A DNA stretch of 64,000 nucleotides from an uncultured bacterium (lineage in GTDB: Bacteria; Chloroflexota; UBA5177; JANWHV01), in NCBI GenBank assembly GCA_963729625.1, contig CAVSOU010000010.1, positions 928,001 to 992,000 of the forward strand, read 5' to 3'. Below the pieces are notes generated by a model, which did not search any database, was not told where the DNA came from, and saw only the letters and a program-made list of their open reading frames with translations. Shown in pieces: positions 1-9,915 of the stretch. A program made the position numbers and the translations under genes. Position 1 is the first letter of the stretch. The number at the start of each line of letters is the position of its first letter.

Positions 1-141
1 GATGTCTATGTGGTGGTAGCCCAGGGCGTCAACATGGTCGCGCTGGGAAACGAAGTACAGCGCAAGGTGTCTCAGGCGGTCCATGAGATGCTGGGCATGT
101 CGGTGCGCAACGTCAACGTGTATATTCAGGGCGTGGAATAG
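1..141 (+). CDS. Asp23/Gls24 family protein, C-terminal part (5'-truncated by window)
   Basis: Frame 1 reads DVYVVVAQGVNMVALGNEVQRKVSQAVHEMLGMSVRNVNVYIQGVE*, a typical Asp23 C-terminus; stop overlaps the nusB start. Confidence 0.8.
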   Translation, partial: DVYVVVAQGVNMVALGNEVQRKVSQAVHEMLGMSVRNVNVYIQGVE

Positions 142-575
142 TGGCCACCCGCAGACGTCTTGCCAGGCACGTTGCCGTCCAGGTGCTCTACGAGGTGGAC
201 GCGGTGGAGCACGATCCAGATGACGTAGTCGCTCGCTGGGCGGCCGAGAGCAAGGCCAGCGAGGCGACGACGGCGTTCGCTCGTGAGCTTGTTACCGGTG
301 TCTTGCAAGAACGCGAAGAACTCGATACCCTGCTGCAAGGGTCGGCGCCGCTATTCCCAGTGTCGCGGATTGCTCCTGTGGATCGGGCGGTCTTGCGCCT
401 TGCGCTCTTTGAACTGTTGCACGTCCCAGCGACGCCGCCCAAGGTCGTAATCAACGAGGCGGTGGAGCTGGCGAAAGAATTCGGGGGAGATAAATCAGGT
501 AGTTTTGTTAACGGTGTCTTAGGTAACGTTATGGTGCGCCATGAGGTCGCAATCGCGGCTCGCGACAGCGGATAG
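141..575 (+). CDS. nusB: Transcription antitermination factor NusB
   Basis: [16 protein letters not shown]-terminus, [36 protein letters not shown]. Confidence 0.95.
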   Translation: MATRRRLARHVAVQVLYEVDAVEHDPDDVVARWAAESKASEATTAFARELVTGVLQEREELDTLLQGSAPLFPVSRIAPVDRAVLRLALFELLHVPATPPKVVINEAVELAKEFGGDKSGSFVNGVLGNVMVRHEVAIAARDSG

Positions 576-603
576 TGATCCGACTGCGAAAAGGAGTTCC
601 ACA

Positions 604-849
604 GTGTCAGATACCCAGGCAATTGAAGAGAAACTGCGCCCGATCATCGCCGAGCAGCTTGGCGTGGAGGAGTCGAAGGTTACGCGTGACGCAAGCTTCC
701 AGGACGATCTCAATGCCGATTCGCTCGACCTCGTCGAGCTGATAATGTCCCTTGAAGAGGAATTCAAGCTCGAGATCTCCGACGAGGATGCCGAGGGGAT
801 CAAGACGGTTGGCGACGCCGTAGACTATATCGTGGAGCACGGCGAGTAG
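604..849 (+). CDS. acpP: Acyl carrier protein
   Basis: [20 protein letters not shown] phosphopantetheine motif; AAGGAG RBS before GTG at 604. Confidence 0.95.
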   Translation: MSDTQAIEEKLRPIIAEQLGVEESKVTRDASFQDDLNADSLDLVELIMSLEEEFKLEISDEDAEGIKTVGDAVDYIVEHGE

Positions 850-916
850 GTATCTGCGGCGCCAAACTCGTCGTCGTGGGATCCCACTCGCGAGACAGTA
901 AGAGTCGGATAAGGCG

Positions 917-1708
917 ATGGCTGTGACTGGGCCACGTGTGCGCCGTGCCGCATCAATGGGTACCGGCAGGCGCATGCCCGTTCTCGCAGCCACTCGTCGA
1001 CCGTCGGCGACGTGGAAGGTGCGCGACGCCGTGTTCATTATGGGTGCTGGCCTGGCGTTCCTGCTGGCCGCGCTTGTCATGAGTCTTGGCGTCTTTGAGC
1101 TGCAAGGAAGCGCGTTTGCCGGCTCAGAGAGCAGAGCGGCACTCAGCACATTCGTACCCGCCGCCTTCTCGCTATTCCTCTTCTGGATGATCTACGTCGT
1201 CGTCGTGCATCGCTACCGCTGCAGCTGGCGCATGCTGGGTGTCCGGCCTGTCTCTTGGCAATGGCTTGCAGCCGTGCCTGTCGTGTTCGCGCTGCTAACC
1301 TTCTGCTATGTGCTGATGCTGCGAGGTGCGGTCGCTGTATGGGGTCCGACGGTGCACTGGCCCAGGACACTGACCACGTCGACCGTGGATGCCACGCACG
1401 TGCCTTTGCTCGAGGCCGTGGTGATCCTCTCAAATGTTGTGCTGACCCCAATCAGCGAAGAGCTTCTGTTCCGCGGGGTGCTCTACCAGGCCTTGCGGCG
1501 GAGCCTGCCTGTAGGCAGTGCTATCGCCATAAGTGCCATCGTCTTCGCCTTTATGCACCTGAGCCTGGTTCTCTTCATCCCGTTTGTGCTGATGGGCTTC
1601 ATGCTCGGACTGGTTTTCGAATGGAGTGGATCGCTGATACCCACCATTCTGCTTCACGCCTGCAACAATGGGATAATCCTGCTGTTCATGGCCTACGGCG
1701 CGACATAG
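917..1708 (+). CDS. CPBP (CAAX/Abi) family intramembrane glutamic endopeptidase
   Basis: Multiple TM helices; EELLFRG, FAFMH and HACNN motifs. Confidence 0.9.
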   Translation: MAVTGPRVRRAASMGTGRRMPVLAATRRPSATWKVRDAVFIMGAGLAFLLAALVMSLGVFELQGSAFAGSESRAALSTFVPAAFSLFLFWMIYVVVVHRYRCSWRMLGVRPVSWQWLAAVPVVFALLTFCYVLMLRGAVAVWGPTVHWPRTLTTSTVDATHVPLLEAVVILSNVVLTPISEELLFRGVLYQALRRSLPVGSAIAISAIVFAFMHLSLVLFIPFVLMGFMLGLVFEWSGSLIPTILLHACNNGIILLFMAYGAT

Positions 1709-1895
1709 CAGCGATCAACCGCCGGCAGGGTCCACGGTCTGGCGGCAAGGTGCAGGGGGGCCTGGCTCACTCCAACTGCGGCCTCACGTCCCTGCCCTGG
1801 CAGTTCCTGGCTGACACTTGAAGGTCGATGCGGCGGGGCATCCGTACAACGGCTTCTGCCCACAGGCCTGCCCTCCAGTGCGCGTGTCGTGCCGG

Positions 1896-2375
1896 CTAGA
1901 TGCTGTGCTCATACACTGCGACGCGTTGCAGTGCACCTTGATGGTCATAGTAAAAGCAGATCTCAAGCCGCTTGTTGGTGCTCATGCCCAGCGAATGGAT
2001 CGTGCCAAGCGCGGCCGCGAAGAGGGTGGCGCCCTGCGAGTACCGTTCCGATCGGCAAAGCTGGCCGGTGCGCTGAGCATCATCGGGCGCCGGCACCTGA
2101 ACCATAGCCGTATCAGGCGTGACGTTGCTAAAGTCGTGCGTTGCCGTAAACCCACGCAGCGAGGAGGACTCCAGAAAGCGAAGCGTGGCCGCGATGCTTG
2201 AACCGGTCCTCAATCCCTTGGCGACGGCCGATTTCGCGGCCGCCATATCGCTCTGCATCACCTGACCGGGGAGGTATTGGGCAGCGAGAACCCACCAGGC
2301 AACCGCAGCGATCACGCATGCCACTAAGGCTGTGTTCAGCCCTGATCCGCCACCCGAAGCTGCCCGAACCCGCAT
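1896..2375 (-). CDS. Hypothetical single-pass membrane/exported protein
   Basis: GGAGG RBS upstream; hydrophobic segment LVACVIAAVAWWVLAA; no family recognised. Confidence 0.55.
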   Translation of the reverse strand: MRVRAASGGGSGLNTALVACVIAAVAWWVLAAQYLPGQVMQSDMAAAKSAVAKGLRTGSSIAATLRFLESSSLRGFTATHDFSNVTPDTAMVQVPAPDDAQRTGQLCRSERYSQGATLFAAALGTIHSLGMSTNKRLEICFYYDHQGALQRVAVYEHSI

Positions 2376-2441
2376 GGCGCCCTCCGCGGCACGCCCGATC
2401 GGGCGCCGCAGGACATATCGTACACCAAAGGCGCCATCCGT

Positions 2442-2747
2442 CTACACGCGCGTGAGCATACTTATGCTTCGACCGATGACCTCGCGCGCCTGATCCGGCG
2501 GCAAGGCAAGGCAGGTGTCAATGCTCGTCGACACGACAGCCGCGGCAATCTTCTCGAGCGCCGCTCGAACAGCCATGATCTGCACCAGCACCTCGTCGCA
2601 TGGGCGCCGATCGTCGATCATCTTGCTCAGGCCACGAACCTGCCCCTCAATCCGAGCGAGGCGATCGCGAAGGTCACGCGGTGACTCGCCCTCAAGTTTC
2701 GGCTGCACAGTGCTCACCTCCAATGTCTTGCCGCCGGTATGGCCCAT
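2442..2747 (-). CDS. CsoR/RcnR/CstR family repressor
   Basis: RLARIEGQVRGLSKMI..RPCDEVLVQIMAVRAAL...STSIDTC; the usual His ligand position is Ser. Confidence 0.9.
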   Translation of the reverse strand: MGHTGGKTLEVSTVQPKLEGESPRDLRDRLARIEGQVRGLSKMIDDRRPCDEVLVQIMAVRAALEKIAAAVVSTSIDTCLALPPDQAREVIGRSISMLTRV

Positions 2748-2753
2748 ATGCTC

Positions 2754-3221
2754 TCAAACAGTTGCGACGTCGATTTGAACCCCGACGGCGGTGTCCTGCG
2801 ACCGCTCTTCATCGACCACCGTATACGATGTGTGAATAGCCGCGACACCACGCACCGTCGCGGCAACCGAGCAGTACTTTTCCTCAGATAGCTCGATTGC
2901 CCGCTCCACGGCTTCTTTGCTCACGCTGCGCCCCCGCACGGCGTAATGAACGTCAATGTGCGTAAAAGCGTGCGGGAACTCCGTTTGCTGCCTGCCAGTC
3001 ACGGTGATTCGCAAGCCAGTCACCTGCTGGTGCTTCTTGCGCAGGATATCTACGACATCGACACCGGTACAGCCGCCAACTGCCGCCAGCAGCAGCTCGC
3101 TCGGCTTGAAGCCATCCCATGCCGACCGACCGGCTGGAGCGTCCAGCACAACACTGTGGCCTCCAGATCCCGTGCCGACAAACTGAACTCCCTGTACCCA
3201 TGTCACGGTCACTTCGGCCAT
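2754..3221 (-). CDS. OsmC/YhfA family protein
   Basis: PSELLLAAVGGCTGVDV and AIELSEEKYCSV, with two conserved Cys. Confidence 0.9.
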   Translation of the reverse strand: MAEVTVTWVQGVQFVGTGSGGHSVVLDAPAGRSAWDGFKPSELLLAAVGGCTGVDVVDILRKKHQQVTGLRITVTGRQQTEFPHAFTHIDVHYAVRGRSVSKEAVERAIELSEEKYCSVAATVRGVAAIHTSYTVVDEERSQDTAVGVQIDVATV

Positions 3222-3407
3222 GCCAGCCTCTCCTCCAATGCTGTCCAGCGAGCAACATCTGCGGACCTCGTCGAGCCCTGGATCTGGATGCCTGTGTGCC
3301 AGCCCACGCAGCGGCTTGAGCCCACGGATCCCTGGGCTCAGGTCGCGAACAATGTGACTTCACGCTGAGCTAGGCACCATGCTTTCGCATGAACCAGCCC
3401 GCGCGCC

Positions 3408-3556
3408 ATGCCTCTCTTGACTCAGTATATCCGATACCCCGGTACGGTATCAAGTCCCCTGCAGGTCGGACGCGGTCGGGCTCTGTGGTCCGGGTGCGCA
3501 GGTCAATGCGAGCGCGCAGAGCCGGACACTTGAACCGGCGTAATGCGCCGGGGATC
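3408..3556 (+). repeat. Diverged ~150-bp direct repeat, copy 1 (copy 2 at 9753-9899)
   Basis: 3408-3454 vs 9753-9799: 40/47 identical; 3491-3556 vs 9834-9899: 51/66 identical (manual alignment). Confidence 0.85.
3424..3453 (-). promoter_or_regulatory. Sigma70-type promoter with embedded CsoR/CstR-type operator for the osmC-csoR operon
   Basis: Minus strand reads TTGATA-N18-TATACT; palindrome ATACC-CCGGTAC-GGTAT (3434-3450) overlaps the -35 box and the spacer. Confidence 0.65.
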
Positions 3557-3887
3557 CGGGTGGTGGGAGGAGCTCGAACTAGTTCGGCGGGACGTGCATA
3601 TCCGGCGCGACGTTCCCTTCGAACTTGATCGCCCGGCACTCGTGAAGGCGCAGGAGGCCTCCTGAAGTATTGGGCAAATGGGTTTCAGACCGTGAGGGTC
3701 TTCCCGTCGAACGTCGTGAGAGAGAGCCCGGCGAACTGCTCGTTGTAGGTGCGGCGCTCGCTTTCCGGGGGCAGTTGCCATCCAGGCGGCCCGATGGCCG
3801 CAGGCTGTCCCTCAGTACGGTGCGCGACACACATATGACCTTTCTGCCCTACCGGTAGCACCGGCAAGACCCCGGGGACTGCCGTTT

Positions 3888-5194
3888 CTACCAAGAGATT
3901 GCTGGTTGGATGCGAAAGACATAGGCAGCCCCGGTGCCTTGGTTTCTGAAGCCTGCTCCCACAAGGCCTGTGGCCCCGCTCAACGCCACAGAGGTGCCAA
4001 AGTAGTCTTGCGCCACCTCGTCACGGGCCGTGAGCCGGGCCTGCTGGACCCAATTCGAGCCGCGCCGCGCAAACGCGTAGGCGGCGCCGAAGTCGTCATT
4101 CGCGTACCAGGCGCCGACCAGGGCGGTATCCCCACTCAGCGCCACTGCGCGACCGAACCAGTCGCCAGCCGCACCATCGTAGGCGGCAAGTCTGGCCTGC
4201 TGCATACAGTGGCTCCCTAGGCGTGTGAAGACGTAGGCGGCTCCCGCGTCGTGCTGCGCAAACCCTGCGCCTATCAGGGCTGTGCCGCCGCTCAGCGCGA
4301 CAGAGGTCCCGAAGGTGTCGCCCGGTTTTCTGCCACCGGCGTTGAGCGTCGCCTGCTGGGTCCACTCGCGCCCGCCCTGCACGAAGATGTAGGCGGCGCC
4401 GGCGTTGCTGTTCACGCCTGCAGCTCCAACCACGCCGGTGCGCCCATCCAGGGCTACCGAGGTGCCGAAGAAGTCTTGCGCCGCCCCATCGCGGGCGGTG
4501 AGGCGAGCCTGCTGGGTCCAATGCCTGCCAATTCGCGTGAAGATGTACGCCGCTCCGAAGTCGTCATGGGCATACCAGGAGCCGACCAGGGCGGTGTCCC
4601 CGCTCAGTGCCACTGCGCGACCGAACCAGTCGCCAACTGCACCATCATCGGCGGCAAGTCTGGCCTGCTGCATCAAGTGGCTCCCGACGCGCACGAACAC
4701 ATAGGGGCCCCGGCTCGACCGGCCAGTGGCGCACTCACCAGGGCGGTATCCGCGCTCAGCGCCACCGAGACGCCGAACCAGTCGCCCGGCCTGCCGTCGT
4801 CGACGGTGAGCTCGGTCTGCTCGGTTCAGCCATTCCCGTGCTGCACGAAGATGTAGGCGGCACCGGCGCCCTGGTGTCTGTCCCACGCGCCGACCAGAGC
4901 AGTGCCATGGCTCACGGCGACGGGACCGCCCAGGTGGTCGCCCGCCTCGCCGTCGCTCGCGGTCAGCTCAGCCTGCTGCTGCCAACGCGCCGGGGTTGTC
5001 GCCGCCGCACGCGCTGGAGTATGGCTCAGGGCGAGCTCCAGGCTGCCCTGTGGCTGGTAGCGATCCGCTCGCAGGATGGCGACACGGCCCGGCGCGCTGA
5101 CCTGGTGGAGTGCTGGACCCGCGGCTGCCGAGGCGGAGGCGGACAGGCAGCCCACCAGCAGGATGGACGGTAACATGCTGTGGATCGTGATCAC
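3888..5194 (-). pseudogene. Secreted FG-GAP (integrin-alpha-like) 7-bladed beta-propeller, disrupted
   Basis: Signal peptide; seven W.QQA.L.A.DG..GD.FG.SVALSG.TALVGA...GAAY.F repeats; in-frame TGA at 4826-4828 where other repeats have Trp, plus a frameshift near 4705-4715. Confidence 0.8.
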
Positions 5195-5462
5195 GGTATG
5201 GGACCTTTTCCATGTCGCGCGAACTCGGACTTCGCCAAAGAGGGCGGCGCCACGGCCGCGCGGTGCTCCTGCGGCGCCGGTGCCGGTCTCAGCCCGTCGG
5301 CAGGTCAGCTATTTCCGGATTGCGTGGGCACGCATCGTCAGGGTGCGGAAGCGGTGCGCGCACGCCCTTGCGTGGTTGCGGCCCGAGGTGCGCAGTCACT
5401 GCAAGGCATCGGGGGGGGGGTGCCCGCTGCAAGCAGCAGGTTGGGACCCACGGGCACAGGAA

Positions 5463-5493
5463 GCGAGCGATGTAGGATTCCTGCATCGCTCGC
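5463..5493 (-). terminator. Hairpin, probable terminator of the 5517-6044 gene
   Basis: GCGAGCGATG...CATCGCTCGC inverted repeat just downstream of the stop codon. Confidence 0.5.
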
Positions 5494-5516
5494 ATCCTTC
5501 TCACGCCAAGCTCAAC

Positions 5517-6044
5517 TCACTTCCAGGGGACTACCGCACTGATCGTGAATTGCCAGTGATTGTAGTCCTTGTCGGAGCCGACCCACGAACCTGAGCCGTG
5601 CAATCCGGCGAACCCTCCCGTACCGGGGCCCCACGTGGCGGGGCCCTGCTCGAACTTCCCGTTGTCGCTACCGTAATATTGATCCGAGATCGTGCCGGAA
5701 AGGCCTCCACCAGTGCAAACGCAGACGTCGACACCGACATCCACCGACGTGCCGTCCGGATAGGTCAACACATTTGAAAAGTCGTGGTCAATGCCATTGA
5801 GTACACCACTGTACTTCCAGACATAGGTGTAGGACGTCAAGGTGATCCCGTTCACGTGCACCGTCCCTGTCGTCTTGCTGCTGACAATTGAGGCGGTGCC
5901 CGATCCCGACAGGATGGTGGGCGCTTGGGCGCGCAAGGTACGCGCTATTGCCGGCGTGGCGCCGACGTGTAAACAGGACACCGCCAAGACTGCGATAACC
6001 AAGGCGGCGCGCACGATGGACGGACGCAGGAACCTCTGTTGCAT
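5517..6044 (-). CDS. Hypothetical secreted beta-rich protein
   Basis: Signal peptide MQQRFLRPSIVRAALVIAVLAVSCL; G/T/S-rich body with GPGTGGFAGLHGSG; divergent from the XRE-ATPase regulator. Confidence 0.7.
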   Translation of the reverse strand: MQQRFLRPSIVRAALVIAVLAVSCLHVGATPAIARTLRAQAPTILSGSGTASIVSSKTTGTVHVNGITLTSYTYVWKYSGVLNGIDHDFSNVLTYPDGTSVDVGVDVCVCTGGGLSGTISDQYYGSDNGKFEQGPATWGPGTGGFAGLHGSGSWVGSDKDYNHWQFTISAVVPWK

Positions 6045-6518
6045 GGCTCTTGTACCTCGCTTCTCGGGGGAGCGAGCTCCCATGTTGATGGGTACCGTCT
6101 CGCTCCTGCTTCATGTTCATTTGTGCTGGGTCCCGCAAGCTCACCCATCCCCGATCGCGGCAGGGCATAGCCGCTGCTGGGCCTGCGGCGACGTGCTCAC
6201 CTCTGGCGCGAGAGTGCCCGCCGATCGGTCGTCCGGGTGCCGGTGACGATCACCGCCGCTGTTTGATCCAAGGCTGGCTGCAGTTTCCTCCCTCCGACGC
6301 TCACAGACACCAGGCCTGTCGCCGCAGTCTGCGCTGTCGCCTGCCAGCGAGGTCCTGTCCGCCTACCTGCCGCACTGCTGGTATGTTGTTCTCAACACTG
6401 CACGATCCGGTCGGCCGGCACCAGGCAACTCGCCACAGGAACTCACGTATCGACCCACATGTACGCTGGTGCGACTGCCGGCCGGCCGCCCTCGTCGGGT
6501 CATGGGAGTGAGGCAGAC

Positions 6519-9448
6519 GTGGACCAAGCGCCCTCCTTCGGCACGCTGCTCAAACGCCATCGTGCGAGGGCCGGCCTGACCCAAGAGGCGCTGGCCGAGC
6601 AGGCGGGCATGAGCGTGCGGGGCATCAGTGACCTGGAGCGCGGGATCAATCGTGCGCCGCGAGCGGTGACGCTCGGGCTGCTGGCCAAAGCCCTCCGCCT
6701 GACAGAGACGGATCGTGCGCAACTGGAGGCGGCAGCCGACGTAGCCGGGAGCGTGGCGGCGGCGCTCACCGACGGCGAGCAGCCTGGCATCGCCAGCCGG
6801 CCGCCCCTGGTGGGGCGACGGCGTGAGCTGGCGCTGCTGGAGAAGCACCTGGCCGGGGAAGGGCCGTCAGTGCTGCTGTATGCGGGTGAACCCGGCATCG
6901 GCAAGTCGCGCCTGCTGCAGCACGCCGCGCAGCAGGCCCCGGCGGCAGGCTGGCGGGTGCTGGAGGGCGGCTGCCAGCGACAGGGCGGTCAGGCGCCCTA
7001 TGCCCCGCTGCTCGAGGCGCTGGAGCAGCACCTGCGGAGCCGGTCGCCGGTCCAGCTGCGCGCGGACCTGCAGGGCTGTGCCTGGCTGGTCCGCCTGCTG
7101 CCGGAGCTGGCAGAGGGGCCGATCGAGCCGCTGCCGCGCTGGGTTGTCACGCCTGAGCAGGAGCGCCGGCTGCTGTTTCGGGCGGTGGCCAGGCTGCTGG
7201 CCAACGTGGCGGGGCCGGCAGGGACCGTGTTGGTGCTGGACGACTTGCAGTGGGCGGCTGCCGACGCGCTGGAGCTGCTGGTGACGCTGGTGCGCGCCGC
7301 CGGCAGGCCACTGCGCGTAATCGGCGCCTACCGGACCACGGAGATGACACCGGACCAGCCCCTCGCGGTTACCTGTGCCGAGCTGGCCGAGGCCCAACTG
7401 GCGACCCTGCAGACGCTCGGGCCGCTGGCCGAGCATGAGGCGGAAGATTCTGGTTGCCTCGCTGCTCGGTGGCCGGGAGGGGATGGCGCCGGCAGCGGCG
7501 GCACAGGTCGTGCGGCGGGTGGGTGGCGTGCCCTTCTTCCTGGTGAGCTACGCCCGGAGCCTGGAGGGCGAGGGCGGTGCGGAGCGCGGCCCCGGCGGGG
7601 CTGCCGTGGGACCTGCGGCAGAGCCTGCGGCGACGGATGCGGGCGCTGTCGGAGGCGGGGCAGGCGCTGCTGGCCGCGGCGGCGGTGGCGGGGCGGGTGA
7701 CGCCGCGCGCGCTGTTGCTGGCGGTGCTGGGCCGGCCGGAGTCAGAGGTGATCGAGGCCCTGGAGGAGGCCTGCCGGGCCGGGTTGCTGGAGGAAGTAGG
7801 CGATGACGGCTACGGGTTCGTGCACGACGTGATTCGGGAGGTGGCGGAGAGCGACCTGGGGCAGGCGCGGCGGCGGCTCCTTCATCGGCAGGCGGCCGAA
7901 GCGCTCGAGGGGTTTCCGGGTGGAGCGCCCGCTGAGCTGCTGGCCTACCACTACGGGCGCAGCGACGTGCCGGACCGAGCCCTGCCGTACCTGGAGCAGG
8001 CCGGTGACGCAGCGCGGGACCAGGCGGCCCATGATGCCGCGGAAGGATACTACCGGGAGGCGATCACCCGCCTGGACGGGCTGGGCCGCCTGGTCGAGGC
8101 GGCGCGGATTCGGGAGAAGCTGGGCGCCGTCCTGTACACCAGGGCTCACTTTACGCGGGCGCTGGAGGTGCTGGAGCAAGCGGCGACGGCGCTGCGCCTG
8201 GCCGGGGACGTGGAAGGCCTGGGCCGCGTGGTGGCACGCATAGGGCGCGTGCACGATCGCCAGGGAACGCTGGAGAAGGGGATCGAGCGCCTCCTACCAC
8301 AGATGGAGACGCTCGTTACGGTTGGGCCGTCCACCAGTCTGGCGGCGCTCTACCGTGCTCTGGCCGGTCTCTACATAGGTCAGGGGCAGTTTCGCGCGGG
8401 ACTGGCGGCAGCCACGCGAGCGGCGGAAGTCGCTCGCCTGGTCGGTGATCACGGGCTGCTCGTCCGGGCGGGGTGGACGCGCGGTGTGGTGCTGCTCTAT
8501 ATGGGGCGTGTCGAGGAGGCCCTGGCGGTATTCCAGGAGGCCAGTGTGCTGGCCGAGGCGGAGGGCAATCTCGAAGTCGTATGCGGTGTGGCAGCGAATC
8601 TGGCATGGCTGGCCGAGGAACGGGGCGAGCTAGAACGGGCCAGGCAGCATGCGACCAGGGCACGCGCGCTCGGTGAACGGCTCGGCGATCCTGTCCTTAT
8701 GCAGAGGGGCCTGATCAGGCTTACGGGCCAAGCCTTCTTCAGCGGTGCGTGGGGCGAGGCACACGCGTACATCGACCGTCTCCAGGAACTGCCCGACCGG
8801 TCGCCCGTGGAGGATGCCGCGGCGGCGCTCGAACCCGGCCGCCTGCTGCTGGCCGAAGGGGAATGGGAGCAGGCGGCCCGCTATCTGGAGCAGTGCAGTG
8901 CCATCGCGCGGCAGGCGAGCTATCTCCTCTTGCAACGGGTCGCGCAGAGTTTCCTGGCCGAGCTGGACCTGATGGAGAGGCGACCCGCGTCGGCACTTGC
9001 GCGCCTGCTGCCGTTGCTGGACCGCGACGGCATGGAGGAGTGGATTGTGACCATCCACGTGCTGCCGGTCCTGGCCTGGGCCTACCTGGAGCTGGGCGAG
9101 ACCGAGCAGGCCGCGCGCACGATCGAGGACGCGCTGCGGCGGCAGCGGGCAGGGCAGTGCCGGCGCGCGCTGGTGGACACGCTGCGAGTGCAGGCGCTGG
9201 TTTCCCTGCGGCAGGGCACGATGCAGACTGCGGCGGACGCGCTGGAGGAAGGGCTGAGCCTGGCCCAAGCCATGCCGTATCCCTACGGCGAGGGGCGGCT
9301 GCTGGAGGTGTGCGGACGGCTGCACCTGGAGCGCGGCGAGATCACGGCTGCACGAGAACGTCTGGAGGCGGCGCTGGCCATCTTCGAACGCCTGGGTGCG
9401 CGAAAGGACCGCGAGCGGACAGAGCAGTTCATAGCTGCACTCGGCTGA
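6519..9448 (+). CDS. XRE-HTH + AAA/STAND-like ATPase + TPR transcriptional regulator (two +1 frameshifts, near 7445 and 7582)
   Basis: FGTLLKRHRARAGLTQEALAEQAGMSVRGISDLERG HTH; Walker A GEPGIGKS; Walker B LVLDDLQWA; GGVPFFL; FVHDVIRE; TPR-like tail, spread over three frames. Confidence 0.85.
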
Positions 9449-9752
9449 TGTCGATTCGTCAGCATTCGCGGAGCCAGGCCGAGGTGAGGGCAACTTTGGA
9501 GGCACCTGGGCCGCCGCGATGCTCGCTCTGGACGGTGACGCCTCGCTGCTGGTGGAGGCCCATTGAGCCGTTGAGCAGATCGTAGGGGCCCTTCCGGACA
9601 CGGGAGTACGCCGGACGGTCCCAGCGGCAGAACCGGTGCGCCTGGTCACCCGCCTACACGGATGAGCTCGGCTGCCTATATGCAGGCAGATCATGGCACT
9701 CCCGCCGATCCCTGATTTGGCAACGACCGGCAAGCGTGCTCACTTAGGAGGT

Positions 9753-9899
9753 ATGCCTCCTTTGACGCAGCGTATCCGATACCCCGGTACAGTATTAAGG
9801 CTCTTGCCGAACCCGTGTTCGGGGCTTATGCTACGGATGCGTCGGTCAACGCGAGCGTGCTCAGCCAGACGTTTGAACCGGCTTGATGCGTCGAGGAAC
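9753..9899 (+). repeat. Diverged ~150-bp direct repeat, copy 2
   Basis: Shares an identical 18-bp core TATCCGATACCCCGGTAC (9773-9790 = 3428-3445) and flanking similarity with copy 1. Confidence 0.85.
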
Positions 9900-9915
9900 T
9901 CGGCGAGGGAAGTAC

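Noticed and set aside
917-1708. Abortive-infection defence gene (Abi-named family)
   Set aside because: Motifs are those of an ordinary CPBP membrane protease in a housekeeping context
3492-3556. Possible selenoprotein: both repeat copies share an in-frame TGA (GCAGQCERAEPDT*TGVMRRG vs GCVGQRERAQPDV*TGLMRRG)
   Set aside because: A 2-bp indel puts the upstream ATGs in different frames, the downstream hairpin is not conserved between copies, and the third-position bias (8/15 mismatches) is too weak
3408-3556. Repeat as a conserved structured ncRNA
   Set aside because: Hairpins in copy 1 are broken in copy 2 without compensatory changes; the mismatches are mostly plain transitions
5411-5420. 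Poly-G tract as a phase-variation switch
   Set aside because: Intergenic, upstream of a pseudogene, not within a recognisable promoter spacer; homopolymer length is unreliable in this sequence
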